Assembly: GCA_963764825.1 (NCBI GenBank)
Contig: CAVXUA010000010.1
Span: forward strand, 45,010-109,009
Source of the DNA: an uncultured Ignavibacteriales bacterium
Lineage (GTDB): Bacteria; Bacteroidota; Ignavibacteria; Ignavibacteriales; Ignavibacteriaceae
Direction of reading: 5' to 3'
Length of the DNA: 64,000 nucleotides
Of this stretch, positions 62,447 to 64,000 are shown in pieces (position 1 is the stretch's first letter; every line of letters begins with the position of its first letter). Under the pieces are notes generated by a model, which saw only the letters and a list, made by a program, of their open reading frames with translations, did not search any database and was not told the DNA's origin. Position numbers and translations under genes: made by a program.

Positions 62447-64000
62447 TTAGTCAATAAATTTTCTGTACCATAATTCCAGGTTTATCCATTTCCAAATCTC
62501 TTTAGAAATTTGCATTTCTTTATCTAAATGCTTTTGATATAACTTTTTGGCCTTTATGGCATCAATGATTTTTCTGTTTTTGAAAGAATCCGAGTCAAGA
62601 ATAACCATAATATATTGCTTGAAACTTTCTTCCCGGAACCATTCATCTTCCGGCGTCATAAATCCTATTTTATCTTTTCTCGTTCTTATTTTTTCAGAAA
62701 GAGTGCCACGCATTGCTTCACGCAAAATGTGCTTTGTCATACCTTTTTTATCTTCATATCTGAAGCAGAGGCTAAAGTTTTTTCAACCAACCGGTAATCC
62801 AGAAAAGGCACTCTGGATTCCAAATGAAAACCACATTGAATTCCTGTCCTCCCACTTTAACAAATGCTCGAGTTTATATTCAAAGTGATTTAATAGTGCT
62901 TCATTTAGGCTACCGGAATTATACAGTTCGCCTGCAATTGTATTGTTCTTTGAATAGGTATCAATAAATTAGAATTTAAATAGCCTTTTTCGCCGACTCG
63001 CGCTTTTGTTTTAGAAATACCAAAAATATAGTGTCTCAAATCGATAGAACCACCTGTGAAATTTATATAGGAAACATTTCACTAAACAACCTAAACCATC
63101 TAAACTTTTAAACAGATCCTTAAAATAAAATCCAAAGAAATAATGATAACCAGCCAGTGATTCATCTGCACCCTGTCCATCGAGAGTTACTACCACGTTG
63201 TCTTTAGCTAATTCCATTACCTTGAATTGTGCATAGGGAGAAGTGGAAGGAATAGATTTGACATGTGAATAAATAAATTTTTATCCACCATTTATACAAA
63301 TTGCAATTTAGGCAGTTTGTGTAGTGCATATGTTTATGAGCTTTAAATTCATTTATATATTCAGTTTCATCTCCACGTTTTCCTTTCCCATACAGTAAAC
63401 TATTCAAACCTCCAAACTTTAACCCACCTTTTTTTTATAAGATAAACAATGCTCAAGAATCAAGCCCTCCGCTTAAACATACACCGACCGGAACATCACT
63501 TCTTAATCTTAAACCAACCGCTGAACTGAATAGCTCACTATATGCTTCAGCATTCTTAAATCCTTCTGTATTCTTAAAACTAGTTTTCGGAAAATTATAA
63601 AATCATTTCTCTTTTTTGAAAATTCCATTTGTGAAATTGTTGACCCAGCCTTTTCTGCCACTTTTTGAAATATGTCCATGTTGGAGCTTTTTGATTTCAC
63701 TAAAAAAAGTTCTGTTCTGTTTGATCGGTTCTGTTAAAAACTAAAAAATCAAAAATTGCCTGGTTGTTAGCTGGTGGTTTTTTATTAAGGGGTACGAAAG
63801 AATGGGGGAATTTCAGAGGCAAAAATGAATTGTTCATCGTCAATGTATAATAAAATGGTTTTACTCCGAATTGTCGCGTGCACAGAATAAGTCTTTTGTC
63901 TCTTTAGTCATAGATCACTAACGCCCACATTCCGTTAAATTTATTTAGACAATCTTCACCCCATTCGATATAGGAATTAGTACAACTTCAGTATCTGTTT
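62447..64000 (-). pseudogene. asnB: Asparagine synthase (glutamine-hydrolysing)-family amidotransferase; 5' end lies beyond the window; multiply frameshifted
   Basis: 'TDTEV', 'FNGMWA', 'LFCARD', 'VGVCLSGGLDS', 'LDGQGADESLAGYHYF', 'KHILREAMRGTLSEKIRTRKDKIGFMTPEDEW' are collinear across frames on the minus strand. Confidence 0.8.

Overview
AT-rich (about 34-36% GC by eye) bacterial chromosome segment. It is most consistent with an Ignavibacteria-like member of the FCB group, because several secreted proteins end in a T9SS C-terminal sorting domain ('...GIYFYRLQAGSFVE.KKMVLMK'). This taxonomic call is inference only. About 60 genes are visible. Housekeeping genes: guaB, purD, glnS, gltX, icd, maf, an EF-G paralogue, glutaryl-CoA dehydrogenase and a dnaE fragment. 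Four tRNAs: Ser-GCT, Leu-CAA, Ala-GGC and Met/Ile2-CAT. Envelope and secretion genes: two T9SS cargo proteins, OmpA-TSP3-SPOR, an HhH-beta-barrel protein and a PorQ/V-like protein. Coordinates 50.1-64.0 kb hold a polysaccharide locus: wecB, Wzi-like, initiating sugar transferase, O-antigen polymerase/ligase, then a convergent asnB-FemAB-DUF354-deacetylase operon. I saw no rRNA, CRISPR array, transposase or integrase. The dominant technical feature is that roughly 20 otherwise recognisable genes, including essential ones, are split by +/-1 frameshifts, often at short homopolymers. Density is highest in the last 5 kb. This looks more like indel-prone sequence than wholesale gene decay, so I report merged gene spans rather than ORF fragments. 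Most interesting candidates: (1) a serine-palmitoyltransferase-like / GNAT / NAD-reductase cluster resembling the bacterial ceramide pathway; (2) a GC-enriched, hairpin-dense non-coding island plus an orphan HTH ORF at the convergence point of the polysaccharide locus; (3) a dnaE gene that simply ends at about residue 530; (4) a beta-barrel OMP carrying an N-terminal CxxCH motif; (5) a small acidic/basic ORF pair beside tRNA-Leu; (6) several short exact repeats and a 37-nt palindromic insertion inside a gene. All family assignments come from motif recognition by eye; no searches were run.
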